Positions 1 through 10,522 are shown, counted from the stretch's first letter. The stretch: 64,000 nucleotides of DNA from Cyanobacteriota bacterium (GCA_046045965.1 JBJOKS010000015.1:32001-96000); one strand, 5' to 3'. Made by a program: numbers and translations. Notes: a model not told the origin generated them from the sequence alone.

Positions 1-604
1 CATCAGATTTCTTTGCTTGCTGTTGAATATCCCGTACCCACTCAGCTTCAATAGGACGATATTTATGTCCAGATTCACCACCAACAATTACCCAATGAAT
101 TCCTGTTAAGTCCAGTTTTAATGAACCTAATAATGGTTCACATGAGAGAAATCTTACTTTTGCTGGAACTTTTCGCAAGTAATCAACTCGATGAATGTAA
201 TTTTGATTTTCAACAGATACACCCATCCAAATATTATCAGGCCAATTCAATTCAGGTGCTAATTCAAGTAACCTTTCGTGCCGTTTAGTAAGTATTTGAT
301 ATATGTGCCAAGGTGTTTGATGGATGGTGTTAAAAACTTCTTGCAGAAAAGAAAGAGGCACATCTTTATGAAACAAATCACTCATCGAATTAACAAAAAT
401 GCGGCTAGGTTTACGCCAGCGTAATGGTTCTTTTACTCTTTCTGGATGTAAAGTTAAAGTAAATCCATTAGGGAAATTATTCGAGAAACGTTTTGTGATT
501 GCTTCTGCATAACAATGGGTACAACCTGGACTCACTTTGTCACAGCCTGTGGTTGGATTCCAGGTTTTGTCAGTCCATTCTATGCCTGTATTAATGCTGG
601 ACAT
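1..604 (-). CDS. DUF5131 / phage Gp37-Gp68 family protein (3' end runs off the window)
   Basis: Manual translation from ATG at 604 gives MSSINTGIEWTDKTWNPTTGCDKVSPGCTHCYAE, the characteristic IEWT..TWNP..GC..VSPGC..CYAE three-Cys start. Not in the ORF track because it is truncated. Confidence 0.88.
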   Translation of the reverse strand, partial: MSSINTGIEWTDKTWNPTTGCDKVSPGCTHCYAEAITKRFSNNFPNGFTLTLHPERVKEPLRWRKPSRIFVNSMSDLFHKDVPLSFLQEVFNTIHQTPWHIYQILTKRHERLLELAPELNWPDNIWMGVSVENQNYIHRVDYLRKVPAKVRFLSCEPLLGSLKLDLTGIHWVIVGGESGHKYRPIEAEWVRDIQQQAKKSD

Positions 605-723
605 ACGCTGATTTTGCTTCAAAAATACTTGCAGGTTATCAGCCAATGGTATCACAAAAGTTTCTCGAATTTAATATTAATGTACTAACACAACTTCCAA
701 ACTAGGTTGATAAATTCTTCAAC

Positions 724-2145
724 TCACTCCACAACCGCAGGTAAAGATTTTGCTAAACTTTCCCCATTATTCAAATTTTCCCCTTGACCCTGGGAAGTGA
801 AAACCTGTTTCAAAACCTGCATGAAAATTCTAGGATGGAAAAATGCGCTAGGAGGTTTGATCATGTTAACTACTTCTAAAAACAACTGATGAACTTCCGC
901 ACTTTTGCTTTGTAATATCATCACTTGTTCTAAATATTTTTGCATCATTTTATTGATAAAACTAGGTTGTCCTCCCTCGGTAGTAGACCAACGGAAATCC
1001 TCACCTGTAGCCATCATCCAAGGTACACTAATTACCTGATTGAGTTGCTTTTGAAAACGTCGAGATAGACCAATTAAATTACTTTGTTTGCTTAAACATT
1101 CATCCAGAGTCATAGCACCTAAAGCAGAAGTAGTCATACCTTGACCGTAAACAGGATTGAAACTACAAACAGCATCACCGACTACTACTAAATTTTCTGG
1201 AAATCGAGACAATTTTTCATAATGACGCAAACAATTTTCTGTGCGTTTATAGGCGTAAATTGGGGAAATTGGTTGAGCTTTTTTGATGGTTTCGTAGATA
1301 ATAGGCGATCGCAAACTGCGAGTAAATTCCAAAAAACCAGCCTCATCTGTAGGTGGATAATCTCGACCTATACCGACTAATGTCAGAATCCAGCGATCGC
1401 CCTCAACTCGATAAATCACACCCCCACGAGTACCTGGTGGTTGTGCAGTCATATACACAGAATGCCAGTCAATTTGCAAATCCGATGGAATTTGATACCA
1501 GCGACTGGCATAACCTAAAAAAGAATTAACAATTGTTTCCTGGGGTGGTTCATAACCCATCTCTTGCAACCAGTGAGGTGTGCGCGAATTTCTGCCAGTT
1601 GCATCTACCACCAAATCAGCAAATATTTCTGTTTCCGGTTCATTACCAGTGCGTATCCGTACACCAGTAAAATTAGTTTTGTTGGCGTTGGATAACAAGC
1701 TAGTTACCTGTGTACCTGACCTCAATTCCACACGGTCATTTGCAGCCAAATGTTTGCGGATAGTCCATTCCAGCAAATTCCGACTACAGGTGTGGGTAGC
1801 TAAATGAGAACGAAAACGGGGAGACCATCCGCTAAAACCCAACCAAGGACAATCTGCTGTCCAATTAATCATTGGTGCGCCTGACTCTGCTAACTCACCA
1901 ACAATACCAGGAAACAACTGTTCTAAAATCTGTTGACCCCGCATCAGCAGCCCATGAACATGAAGAGATTGGGGAACACCAGGCCGTTGTTCTGGTTGTG
2001 CGGTTGCCCCTAGCAAATCCTTTTCTACAATTATTACACGGTCAAAATGCCGAGTCAGCACTTGAGCAGCCAGCATTCCGGCGATACTTCCCCCAATGAC
2101 AACAGCGGTTTTTTCTGTAGATGTGGAATTATTTGAGTACATCAT
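724..2145 (-). CDS. FAD-dependent monooxygenase/oxidoreductase
   Basis: VVIGGSIAGM dinucleotide-binding motif, DATGR and GDAVCSFNPVYGQGMT motifs. ATG at 2145 preferred over the ORF-track start. Confidence 0.85.
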   Translation of the reverse strand: MMYSNNSTSTEKTAVVIGGSIAGMLAAQVLTRHFDRVIIVEKDLLGATAQPEQRPGVPQSLHVHGLLMRGQQILEQLFPGIVGELAESGAPMINWTADCPWLGFSGWSPRFRSHLATHTCSRNLLEWTIRKHLAANDRVELRSGTQVTSLLSNANKTNFTGVRIRTGNEPETEIFADLVVDATGRNSRTPHWLQEMGYEPPQETIVNSFLGYASRWYQIPSDLQIDWHSVYMTAQPPGTRGGVIYRVEGDRWILTLVGIGRDYPPTDEAGFLEFTRSLRSPIIYETIKKAQPISPIYAYKRTENCLRHYEKLSRFPENLVVVGDAVCSFNPVYGQGMTTSALGAMTLDECLSKQSNLIGLSRRFQKQLNQVISVPWMMATGEDFRWSTTEGGQPSFINKMMQKYLEQVMILQSKSAEVHQLFLEVVNMIKPPSAFFHPRIFMQVLKQVFTSQGQGENLNNGESLAKSLPAVVE

Positions 2146-2271
2146 TTCCAAATAGACTGAGTTAAAACAAATTTATTTTGCCTATCTCAATTTTATCCAA
2201 ATTTTGTGGGGTGGGCATCTTGCCCGCCCTAAATATACAACTTAAATTATCTAATTTTTGATCATCGAAAA

Positions 2272-4434
2272 TTACCATTTTAAAACCTGTTTCCTCATTT
2301 CTTCCATATCTAAATAATCCTTAACAAAGGCTTTACGCAACAACTCATGAGGAATAAACTGATCATACTTTTGCAGTTCCGGTGCTTCCGCATGACTCAC
2401 TAAATGTTCTGCTGTAATTCTTTGCTCACATAAAGAGGCAATTTCTGAATAAACTGATGAAAATTTGTCCTTACCTAATTTCAATGTCAAATAATAAGGA
2501 TTTATCCCGCCAATACTGCTAATTTCCAAAGATTCCCGACAAAAGCAATTAAGCAATCTTTCTAAAGTTCGATAAGCTACAGTACCCATCCAAGGAAAGA
2601 TGCAGCATTTATTTTTTTCTAATTGCAGAATATTCTGTTTATCTAACCCCACCTTTCGCGTTAAATTTCTCACTTCCTGCAAACGTAATTTAGCATTTTT
2701 TTGTAAATAACTATATTCTGTATCTTCTAATAAAACCTGACGCATTTTCTGTAAAATTCTCCCATGAATATTACCACTACCACCACGCCAATAAATAGTA
2801 GATTTACCCTCAACCTGTTTAACCAAAATCACCTGCTTTTTAAAATCAACTTCTAACACCTCCCAACTCTTACCAGCTAAAGCAAATTGATTACCCACAG
2901 CAGGAGGTGTAACAATACTACCAATTTCTGTTTTCCCTTGTTTTACAGTATATTCTTGATGGTCAGCAAACACAGCATAAAACTGAAATTTATTAACTAT
3001 TTTTTCTCCTGCTAAACCAATCATTAATTTACCAGTTTCAGTTTTTTGAATGTGATTGATATCAATTAAATATCGTAGCAATAACTTATAATCCTCGGTG
3101 GAAATGTTAGCAAATGGTGAGAAGCTAAAAATTTGTTGAGCTAAAGCAACAGGAGAAATTTCTAATGTTGCGGCTAAAATACTCATGGTTTGATGATAAA
3201 GCAAACTAAAAGGATATTGAATTGGTGTAATTGGTTCTATCCAACTTTCTTCTAAATAAAGTTGAATAATAGCGATACATTGTAAGAGTTGCCAGGGAAT
3301 TTGTTCTGGTAAAGTAGCTTCTGATAATGGGTGTTCTTCAGCACAAACAAAACGCATATCCGCAGCTTCTCTCCTTCTTCCACTGCGTCCCAATCTTTGT
3401 AAAAAACTCGCAACAGATAACGGTGATTCTAATTGAATAACTCGCTCTAAATAACCGATATCTATACCTAATTCTAAAGTTAAAGTCGCCGCAGTCACCG
3501 CAGGGGTATGTGGTTCACGCATAGCATTTTCCGCAGCTTGTCGTAAGCTGGCAGAAATACTACCATGATGGACATGATAGATATCTGGAAATCCTGCATT
3601 TTGTGCTATGTTACGCAAATCAGAAATAATAGATTCTGTTTGGGTGCGGTTGTTAGCAAAGATTAAACATTTACGAGATTTGGTAAGGTTAAAAATATAT
3701 TTATCATAATCAGACTCATCAATATCTTTATTAATAAAAAAATGTTCTACAGCCAGTTTAACTTGTCGCCTTCCTGCTTCAAGTTTCGGGGTAACTACTG
3801 GTTTATCTGTTCCTGAACTTAACCATTTTTCCGCTATTGCATAGTCACCTAGAGTAGCGGATAAACCAATGCGTCTGGGTTGAATTTTAGTAACTTTTGC
3901 TAATCGTTGTAATTGACAGATAATTTGACAACCTCTTTCTGAACCCATAAAGGCGTGAATTTCATCAATGACGATAAAGCGTAAATCAGCAAATAATCTG
4001 CTTAATTCCTGATGTTTATTAATCAATAAACTTTCTAAAGATTCCGGTGTAATTTGTAAAATACCTTGAGGATTTTTTAAAAGTTTGTTTTTGCCCCTTT
4101 GAGATACATCACCATGCCATGAATACACAGGAATATCTGCGGTTTTTAATAAGTCATTGAGGCGTTGAAATTGGTCATTAATCAAAGCTTTGATAGGACT
4201 AATATACAATACACCGATAGTAGTAGATGGGTTTTCCTGTAATAAAGTTAAAATAGGTAAAAATGCAGCTTCTGTTTTTCCCGCAGCGGTGGCAGCAGCA
4301 ACTAGCAAATGAGCGTCAGTTTGAAATATAACTTCACAAGCCGCAATTTGTACTGGTCTTAATTCTGTCCAATTGTGAAGATAAATGTATTCTTGGATAA
4401 AGGGAGCAAGTCTAGAAAAGGTGCTGTTACTCAT
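2272..4434 (-). CDS. Lhr-like DEAD/DEAH-box helicase, SngC-like (Shango defence)
   Basis: Motifs AATAAGKTEA (I), DEIH (II), SAT (III) and QRLGRSGRR (VI). Co-oriented with DUF2791 ATPase and TerB_C genes. Confidence 0.85.
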   Translation of the reverse strand: MSNSTFSRLAPFIQEYIYLHNWTELRPVQIAACEVIFQTDAHLLVAAATAAGKTEAAFLPILTLLQENPSTTIGVLYISPIKALINDQFQRLNDLLKTADIPVYSWHGDVSQRGKNKLLKNPQGILQITPESLESLLINKHQELSRLFADLRFIVIDEIHAFMGSERGCQIICQLQRLAKVTKIQPRRIGLSATLGDYAIAEKWLSSGTDKPVVTPKLEAGRRQVKLAVEHFFINKDIDESDYDKYIFNLTKSRKCLIFANNRTQTESIISDLRNIAQNAGFPDIYHVHHGSISASLRQAAENAMREPHTPAVTAATLTLELGIDIGYLERVIQLESPLSVASFLQRLGRSGRRREAADMRFVCAEEHPLSEATLPEQIPWQLLQCIAIIQLYLEESWIEPITPIQYPFSLLYHQTMSILAATLEISPVALAQQIFSFSPFANISTEDYKLLLRYLIDINHIQKTETGKLMIGLAGEKIVNKFQFYAVFADHQEYTVKQGKTEIGSIVTPPAVGNQFALAGKSWEVLEVDFKKQVILVKQVEGKSTIYWRGGSGNIHGRILQKMRQVLLEDTEYSYLQKNAKLRLQEVRNLTRKVGLDKQNILQLEKNKCCIFPWMGTVAYRTLERLLNCFCRESLEISSIGGINPYYLTLKLGKDKFSSVYSEIASLCEQRITAEHLVSHAEAPELQKYDQFIPHELLRKAFVKDYLDMEEMRKQVLKW

Positions 4435-4554
4435 AGATAGCAGGATAATCACAGAATGTTGTGTTTCATGTCAGTTGCTGACCTCAGTAAGCTTACAGTA
4501 AGCTAGTAACAATGAGTCAAGTTATCAAAGTAACGAAGCTGTAAAGTTGGGAAA

Positions 4555-5952
4555 ATGACAAATCAAGATTTAGGTGAATTTGCCAAAGAGACCCTAGTAG
4601 AACGCTATGAAGTACAGCAACAACTGGGTAAAAAAGCTGGAAGGAGAACGCTGCTAACTCGTGACTTACAAACCCAAGAACTGGTAGTAGTTAAATTACT
4701 GACATTTGATGATGAATTTCAATGGCACGATTTAAAGTTATTTGAGCGCGAAGCAGAAACCCTAAAATCACTTTCTCATCCTGCTATTCCCCGTTATCTA
4801 GACTATTTTGAATTAGATACACCCTCTTACAAAGGATTTGCACTGGTACAAAGTTATATTCCTGCTGAGTCTTTAGAAACCCAACTGAAAGCAGGACGTA
4901 GTTTCAATGAAAAAGAAGTTAAACAATTAGCAACAGCATTACTAGAAATTCTCAAATATTTACACAGTCAGCAACCACCAATAATTCATCGTGATATTAA
5001 ACCCAGCAATATATTATTAACAAATCGCTCTGGTAATAGCGTTGGTGATGTTTATTTAGTTGATTTTGGTTCTGTGCAAACTATTGTCAGAAGTAATAGT
5101 ACCATGACCGTTGTTGGTAGTTATGGATATATGCCACCTGAACAATTTAGTGGTAAAGCTAGTCCTGCTTCTGACCTTTATGGTTTGGGTGCGACTTTAA
5201 TTTATTTAGTTACTGGTCAACATCCAGCAGATTTACCGCAACAAGATTTAGTGATTAAATTTGAACAAGCTGCTAATATTAGTCCTGATTTTAGTAATTG
5301 GTTGCGGAAGATGACACAACCGATGTTGAGTAAACGGTTCGCTTCTGCTCAACAAGCTGTACAAGCTTTACAGATACCTATCAATCAAATTACTACTCCA
5401 GTAAAAACATCTAATTTAATTTTAGACAAGCCGTTTGGTAGTCAGATTATTTTAAATAAAAATGCTGATTTTATAGAAATTATCCTTTCTCCCAAACCAG
5501 GAATGTCTAAGGTAGGGGCGATGTTTGTTTGGTATTTTACGACCGTTTTACCGCTTTCTATTGTTTTTGCCTTTTTCTCACCTATATTTGGTATCCTTTC
5601 ACCTTTGCTACCTACACTTAATATATTCATATTGGTTTTTATCATTCTGATGTCTTTATTTGGCAAAAAAAGACTATATATCAATAAAAGAGAAATTTCT
5701 TTATGTTATGACTTATTTGGTATGAGGCGCTTTAGTCCTCTTCCCAGTCACAGAAAGAATATTATTCGCTTGGAGCGTGGTAGTATATATTATAATCTTG
5801 CTCCTCATCCTTGTTTAATTATCTGGGCAGGACTAACAAAGTATGAAATTCATACTGGCCAGAATAATATGTTTTCTGTGAGTACCATAGAATTAGATTG
5901 GTTAGCTCAAGAACTCAGTGAATGGCTTGATTTACCAATTACAAAAAATTAA
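4555..5952 (+). CDS. Ser/Thr protein kinase with C-terminal membrane segments
   Basis: HRDIKPSN, DFG and GYMPPEQ motifs; hydrophobic stretch at about aa 320-370. Confidence 0.92.
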   Translation: MTNQDLGEFAKETLVERYEVQQQLGKKAGRRTLLTRDLQTQELVVVKLLTFDDEFQWHDLKLFEREAETLKSLSHPAIPRYLDYFELDTPSYKGFALVQSYIPAESLETQLKAGRSFNEKEVKQLATALLEILKYLHSQQPPIIHRDIKPSNILLTNRSGNSVGDVYLVDFGSVQTIVRSNSTMTVVGSYGYMPPEQFSGKASPASDLYGLGATLIYLVTGQHPADLPQQDLVIKFEQAANISPDFSNWLRKMTQPMLSKRFASAQQAVQALQIPINQITTPVKTSNLILDKPFGSQIILNKNADFIEIILSPKPGMSKVGAMFVWYFTTVLPLSIVFAFFSPIFGILSPLLPTLNIFILVFIILMSLFGKKRLYINKREISLCYDLFGMRRFSPLPSHRKNIIRLERGSIYYNLAPHPCLIIWAGLTKYEIHTGQNNMFSVSTIELDWLAQELSEWLDLPITKN

Positions 5953-6059
5953 ATTACTACATAGCAAAGCAAACAAAAAATTACCGCATAGAGCAGAATT
6001 TTCTCTTTCTCTGCGTTCTCTGCGTCTCTGCGGTTAAATAAATCAAAAAATGTAACTTG

Positions 6060-7385
6060 TTACAGACTAAATTCCGCTACATCATCATCTAAATCAGCAT
6101 CTTTACCTGCTACCGTAAGTTTAAAATTAGCACCGTGAATCAATTCAGAAAAGTTAATTTCTGGGTTTTGATAAATAACATTCAACACACTAATAAAATC
6201 CCGAATTATTTCCCCCGGTGTCAATAATGCTTCTGCACCTAAGCGAGTAACTATTTCTTGGACAAATTCTTTTAAATTAGCATCTTTCAATGTTGGTTCA
6301 TAACCAAAATTTAAGGCATGAATTTCTGTTAATCTTTGCAAAAGTGTAAGTATCTCTATTTCTGTTAAAGGGTTAAGGCGAATTACAGGACCTAAATATT
6401 CCTGTACATTAGCTTGGGTAACAAATCGACTTTCTTTGGTGCGTCTACGCCAAGCTTGGTCAGCAAAAAGTCCCCGGTTTGGGTCTTCTAAAAATTTTGT
6501 GGTTCCACCAATGAAAATCCCCAGATTTTCGGCTTTACATTGCATGGTATCGTTAAACATCCCCAATAGCCGATTATAGTTTTTTTCACGGGTAACTGTA
6601 GTGGATATTTGATATAAATTGACCGCTTCATCTATTAAAATTAACAGTCCTTTATAGCCGATTTCGGCGACGAATTTAGCTAATAATTTAATATAATCAT
6701 ACCAAGTTTCATCATCAATAATAACGCGCACTCCTAAAGCTGCTCTAGCTTCTGTTTTGGTGTTAAATTCTCCTCTTAACCAGCGCAAAGAAGCATTTTT
6801 TAAGTCATCATCATCTAAGCGATAACTACGCCAATAAGCAATAATTACACTACCAAAATCAAAGCCATGAACTAAGTCTTCAATATAATGAACTACTTCC
6901 CGAATTTTGGTTTCTACTTGGTCATCAAATCCTTCATCATTGGGACGCATTCCCGTTTCTTTGGCTACTTCTTGCTGCATTTTATTAATCCATGCTTCCA
7001 ATATGGAAATTAAAGCACCACCATCAGGACGGGTTTTTGTAGCGAGATGACTCATCAATTCTCGATAGGTTGCTAAACCTTCATTGTTGCTTCCTGCTAG
7101 TCTGCGTCCAGAGGATAAATCAGCATCAGCTACTACAAATCCTTGCTCTATTGCGCGGTTACGAACCATTTGTAGCATGAAGCTTTTTCCTGAACCGTAG
7201 TTACCAATGATAAACCGAAATGCGGCTACACCTTCTGCAATATCATTGAGATTTTGGAGGATGCTATTTAGTTCTTTTTCTCTACCTACTGCTATATGTT
7301 CAATTCCTGTTCTGGGAACTACTCCTGCACTCAGGGAATTAATTAAAGCTGTGGAAACTTTTTTTGATATTTTGTGTTTTGTCAT
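6060..7385 (-). CDS. DUF2791 (BrxD-like) P-loop ATPase, SngB-like
   Basis: N-terminal SLSAGVVPRTG, Walker A GNYGSGKS, Walker B LILIDE, and WLRGE motif. Confidence 0.85.
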   Translation of the reverse strand: MTKHKISKKVSTALINSLSAGVVPRTGIEHIAVGREKELNSILQNLNDIAEGVAAFRFIIGNYGSGKSFMLQMVRNRAIEQGFVVADADLSSGRRLAGSNNEGLATYRELMSHLATKTRPDGGALISILEAWINKMQQEVAKETGMRPNDEGFDDQVETKIREVVHYIEDLVHGFDFGSVIIAYWRSYRLDDDDLKNASLRWLRGEFNTKTEARAALGVRVIIDDETWYDYIKLLAKFVAEIGYKGLLILIDEAVNLYQISTTVTREKNYNRLLGMFNDTMQCKAENLGIFIGGTTKFLEDPNRGLFADQAWRRRTKESRFVTQANVQEYLGPVIRLNPLTEIEILTLLQRLTEIHALNFGYEPTLKDANLKEFVQEIVTRLGAEALLTPGEIIRDFISVLNVIYQNPEINFSELIHGANFKLTVAGKDADLDDDVAEFSL

Positions 7386-7490
7386 GTAGTTGGTATTAAT
7401 TCATTTTCCGTTTAAAGCATAATACAGTATATCAGAGAAATACAAGTTTTCCTATTCAAGTAATGGTGAAAATTCTTTGTTAGCTGATGG

Positions 7491-8747
7491 TTATTTATTC
7501 ATAGAATCTTCATAAATGGCGATAATTTTTTTGATATTTAGCAGATGTTCTGGATAAATTTCTGGGTTTTCTTCACTTGTTTCAATAATTAGTTCACCGA
7601 TAGTATTATTGGCAATTTCATTGATAGAGTCTATTAATAAATTCGGCATGGTAATTTGTGCTTCGGCAATTTGTTTAATTATTGCTTTGGGATTATCTTG
7701 TTCAACTATGGCTTTTAATACCTGAATTTGATAGGTTGGCAGGGTTTCTATAAAGTTACTCCATTCTGGAGGTAAAGAAGTCGTGATTTTCTCATCTAAC
7801 GGTTCTAGTAATTCATCAAAAGGAAATAATTCAATTTCATCTTCCTGGGTATTATCAGGTAATTGTTCTTGATTGAGGTTTTCTATTTTTTGGAGTAATT
7901 CCCAAACTTGGTTTTGTAATAAGTCGCGCTCATCTTGTAATAAGGAAATTTGATTTTGTAATTGTTTAATTTTAGCTTGTTCTGCTTGTTTTTGCGTTTG
8001 TAAATCACTAAGTATATTTTCTAGCTTTTCTCTGGCGGTTATCCTATCTGTTAGTAAGTTATTTTGATTGGATAATTTGATTTCTAAATCTTGAATTTCT
8101 ATTCGCAGTTCATAGAGTTTTTCCTCTAGTTGGGGTTTGAGTCTATTAGAGAGAATGAGGTTATTTTCGAGTTCCTCTTTTTCCTGTTTAAAGGCTTCAA
8201 TTTGAGCTTGAATTTGGTTAATTTCTGACCGCGATACATTACAAGTTATTTCTAAACGGCGTTTTTCTATTGCCAGTTCAGAACATGATTTTTTGAGGTC
8301 TGCGGTACTATTTTCTAGGTTTTCTAGTGCATTTTTGAGGTTATTAGTTTCTACTTCTAGCTGCTTTTTTTGTCCGGCAAAGTTGCCAATCTCTCTGTGT
8401 AAAGTATCTCTTTGATTACGGGATTCTGCTATTTGATTTTGCAGTTGCTGTGATTCGGTATAGAGAATAATTTTATGTTGTTTTACTTGTTCAACTTCTC
8501 TGGCAATTCTATATTTTAAGCCTTCAAGTTCTCTGATTTTTCTATGGAGAGAACTTAAAACCAGCAGTTCATAATTTCTGCGTCTTTTATCAACAAATAA
8601 TGCGGCTGAATAGGTTGCAAGTACGGTGATTATACCAGTGACTAAGGCTTGAGTAAAATTCCAGTTGGGAACAAGACTTAAACCAAAACTCACACTAAAG
8701 GCAGATACACCTAGAATTAATCTATTACTTACTATTCCTGATTGCAT
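7491..8747 (-). CDS. Membrane-anchored coiled-coil protein with TerB C-terminal domain, SngA-like
   Basis: Two N-terminal hydrophobic helices, a long heptad coiled coil and C-terminal LLIDSINEIANNTIGELIIE..PEIY (TerB_C-like). The start could alternatively be 8801. Confidence 0.75.
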   Translation of the reverse strand: MQSGIVSNRLILGVSAFSVSFGLSLVPNWNFTQALVTGIITVLATYSAALFVDKRRRNYELLVLSSLHRKIRELEGLKYRIAREVEQVKQHKIILYTESQQLQNQIAESRNQRDTLHREIGNFAGQKKQLEVETNNLKNALENLENSTADLKKSCSELAIEKRRLEITCNVSRSEINQIQAQIEAFKQEKEELENNLILSNRLKPQLEEKLYELRIEIQDLEIKLSNQNNLLTDRITAREKLENILSDLQTQKQAEQAKIKQLQNQISLLQDERDLLQNQVWELLQKIENLNQEQLPDNTQEDEIELFPFDELLEPLDEKITTSLPPEWSNFIETLPTYQIQVLKAIVEQDNPKAIIKQIAEAQITMPNLLIDSINEIANNTIGELIIETSEENPEIYPEHLLNIKKIIAIYEDSMNK

Positions 8748-8860
8748 TTTGCTTGTTTTTAGCGTAGTAACCTGGTGGGAATCAGTAGTTATTAAGGTCA
8801 TTATTGTTCACATCTTCTTGAAAATCACGGTGTGTAAATAAAAATTTATTAGTAAGTTAA

Positions 8861-10186
8861 TTACAGGCTATTTTTATTATCACCATAAACAGCTAAATCT
8901 GCTTTTAAGAAGTCAATAAACTGCCGTGCTGTGCGGCCAGAACGTCCATTATGGCGAGTTGCCCATTGTAAAGCTTGATATTCTAAATCTTCTTGATTAA
9001 TATTAATACCTGCTTGTACTGCTAAATGCTGGACAATTTGTAAATATGTTTTTTGATCTGCGGCTTCAAAGGTTAATGTTAAACCAAAGCGATCGCTAAA
9101 GGAAAGCTTTTCCTGCATTGTATCCCAAGCATGGACTTCCTCCTTATCCTTGGGGGTAGGTCTATCACTAAAATACTCTCGAATTAAGTGACGACGGTTA
9201 GATGTAGCATAAACCACTACATTTTCTGGTCTAGCGGTTAAACTGCCTTCTAAAACTACTTTTAGTGCTTTAAAAGCATCATCATCTTCCTCAAAGGAAA
9301 GATCATCTACAAAGATGATAAATTTTTGTGGTACTCCTCGCAAATGTTCGACAATTTGTGGTAGGTTTTGTAGTTGCGATTTTGCCACTTCGATTAAGCG
9401 CAGGTTTTTGTCGCTATATTCATTCAATAAAGATTTTACTAAAGATGACTTACCAGAACCGCGACTCCCGTAAAGCAATACGTGTAATGCTGGTTGTCCT
9501 GACAATAAGAACTTGGTATTTTTTAACAAAGTATCTTTTTGCCAGTCATAACCTACCAATGTATCCAGTTTAACTGGGTCAGGATATGGTATACCAATAA
9601 ACTGCCCATCTTGCCAGCGAAAAGCACGATATTCGGCAAATAAACCAGTTCCATGCTGCTGATAATAAGCTGCTAAATCTTTGACTGTATCAGCCCAAGT
9701 GTTTAACTGTTGCCAAGTGGTAATTAAATCAGTATCAATTGCTGCTTCTGGTTCTTGATACCACACGACGGGGGAAACTGGCAAATGAGATACAATTTGC
9801 ACCCACTCACTTAAAACAGCACTGTTACATTCATATAAATTTTGTAATACTTGTAAATCATGTTGGGCAGCTGCGACTAACGCCGATGGTAATTCAGTAA
9901 ATTCTCGCTGTTGAGCTAGTCTGGTAAAGGGGTTGTCAGCTATGAGAATTTGGTTAATTAGGTATTCTTCCCAGGTTTGTTTGCTGGCTGCCAAAGCTTG
10001 AAAATAATTACCGTAAGCTTGGAGACAGTCACGCCCGTCCGCGTCAGTGTAACGTATAGCTTGCAGCAAATCAAGAAATGCGATCGCTACTTCGCCGTTC
10101 AGGACAGATTGGTAAAGTAAAAGAGACGCTGCTTGGCGTTGGAAAAATTGCACTTTGGTGTACGACGAAGTATTTACGGTAGACAT
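8861..10186 (-). CDS. DUF815 family AAA+ ATPase
   Basis: Walker A GSRGSGKS, FVDDLSFE, ATSNRRHL, EKLSFSDRFGL and GRSGRTA motifs. Confidence 0.88.
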   Translation of the reverse strand: MSTVNTSSYTKVQFFQRQAASLLLYQSVLNGEVAIAFLDLLQAIRYTDADGRDCLQAYGNYFQALAASKQTWEEYLINQILIADNPFTRLAQQREFTELPSALVAAAQHDLQVLQNLYECNSAVLSEWVQIVSHLPVSPVVWYQEPEAAIDTDLITTWQQLNTWADTVKDLAAYYQQHGTGLFAEYRAFRWQDGQFIGIPYPDPVKLDTLVGYDWQKDTLLKNTKFLLSGQPALHVLLYGSRGSGKSSLVKSLLNEYSDKNLRLIEVAKSQLQNLPQIVEHLRGVPQKFIIFVDDLSFEEDDDAFKALKVVLEGSLTARPENVVVYATSNRRHLIREYFSDRPTPKDKEEVHAWDTMQEKLSFSDRFGLTLTFEAADQKTYLQIVQHLAVQAGININQEDLEYQALQWATRHNGRSGRTARQFIDFLKADLAVYGDNKNSL

Positions 10187-10246
10187 GGCTGATGTAATTG
10201 TCTGCTGAATTAAAACGTAAAATCCCAATCAACACAGGTTGTAACA

Positions 10247-10345
10247 ATGAATTTAGGTATAGTTGTCGCTTTTGGCTATGGCATTTTAGCATTAGTAGGG
10301 GGAATCATCGGCTACATCCAGGCTCAGAGTAAAGTTTCTTTATAA
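10247..10345 (+). pseudogene. Truncated TMEM14-family small membrane protein (N-terminal 32 aa only)
   Basis: Manual translation MNLGIVVAFGYGILALVGGIIGYIQAQSKVSL* matches the TMEM14 N-terminus (GG.IGY....S..SL). No continuation is visible on either side of the IS. Confidence 0.7.
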
Positions 10346-10467
10346 GGAAAAAGGCTGAAAACCCTTGAGGTTAAGTTTTGGAGCGTGGCGGAAAGACTTA
10401 ACCGTCCTTGATAGCAGGGATGAAAGCCAAACAAGGGCTGTCTTCCCTCAGCGACACATTCTTTTCC

Positions 10468-10496
10468 TTGACAGATTATGTAAAGTGAATTAACAT
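10468..10496 (+). promoter_or_regulatory. Sigma70-type promoter for tnpB
   Basis: TTGACA-N17-TAACAT, 27 nt upstream of the ATG. Confidence 0.5.
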
Positions 10497-10522
10497 AATA
10501 TCATGGTTGTTAGGTCGTCGCC

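Noticed and set aside
6060..7385. BREX system (BrxD-like ATPase)
   Set aside because: No pglX, pglZ or brxC genes; the TerB_C + ATPase + Lhr context fits Shango better.
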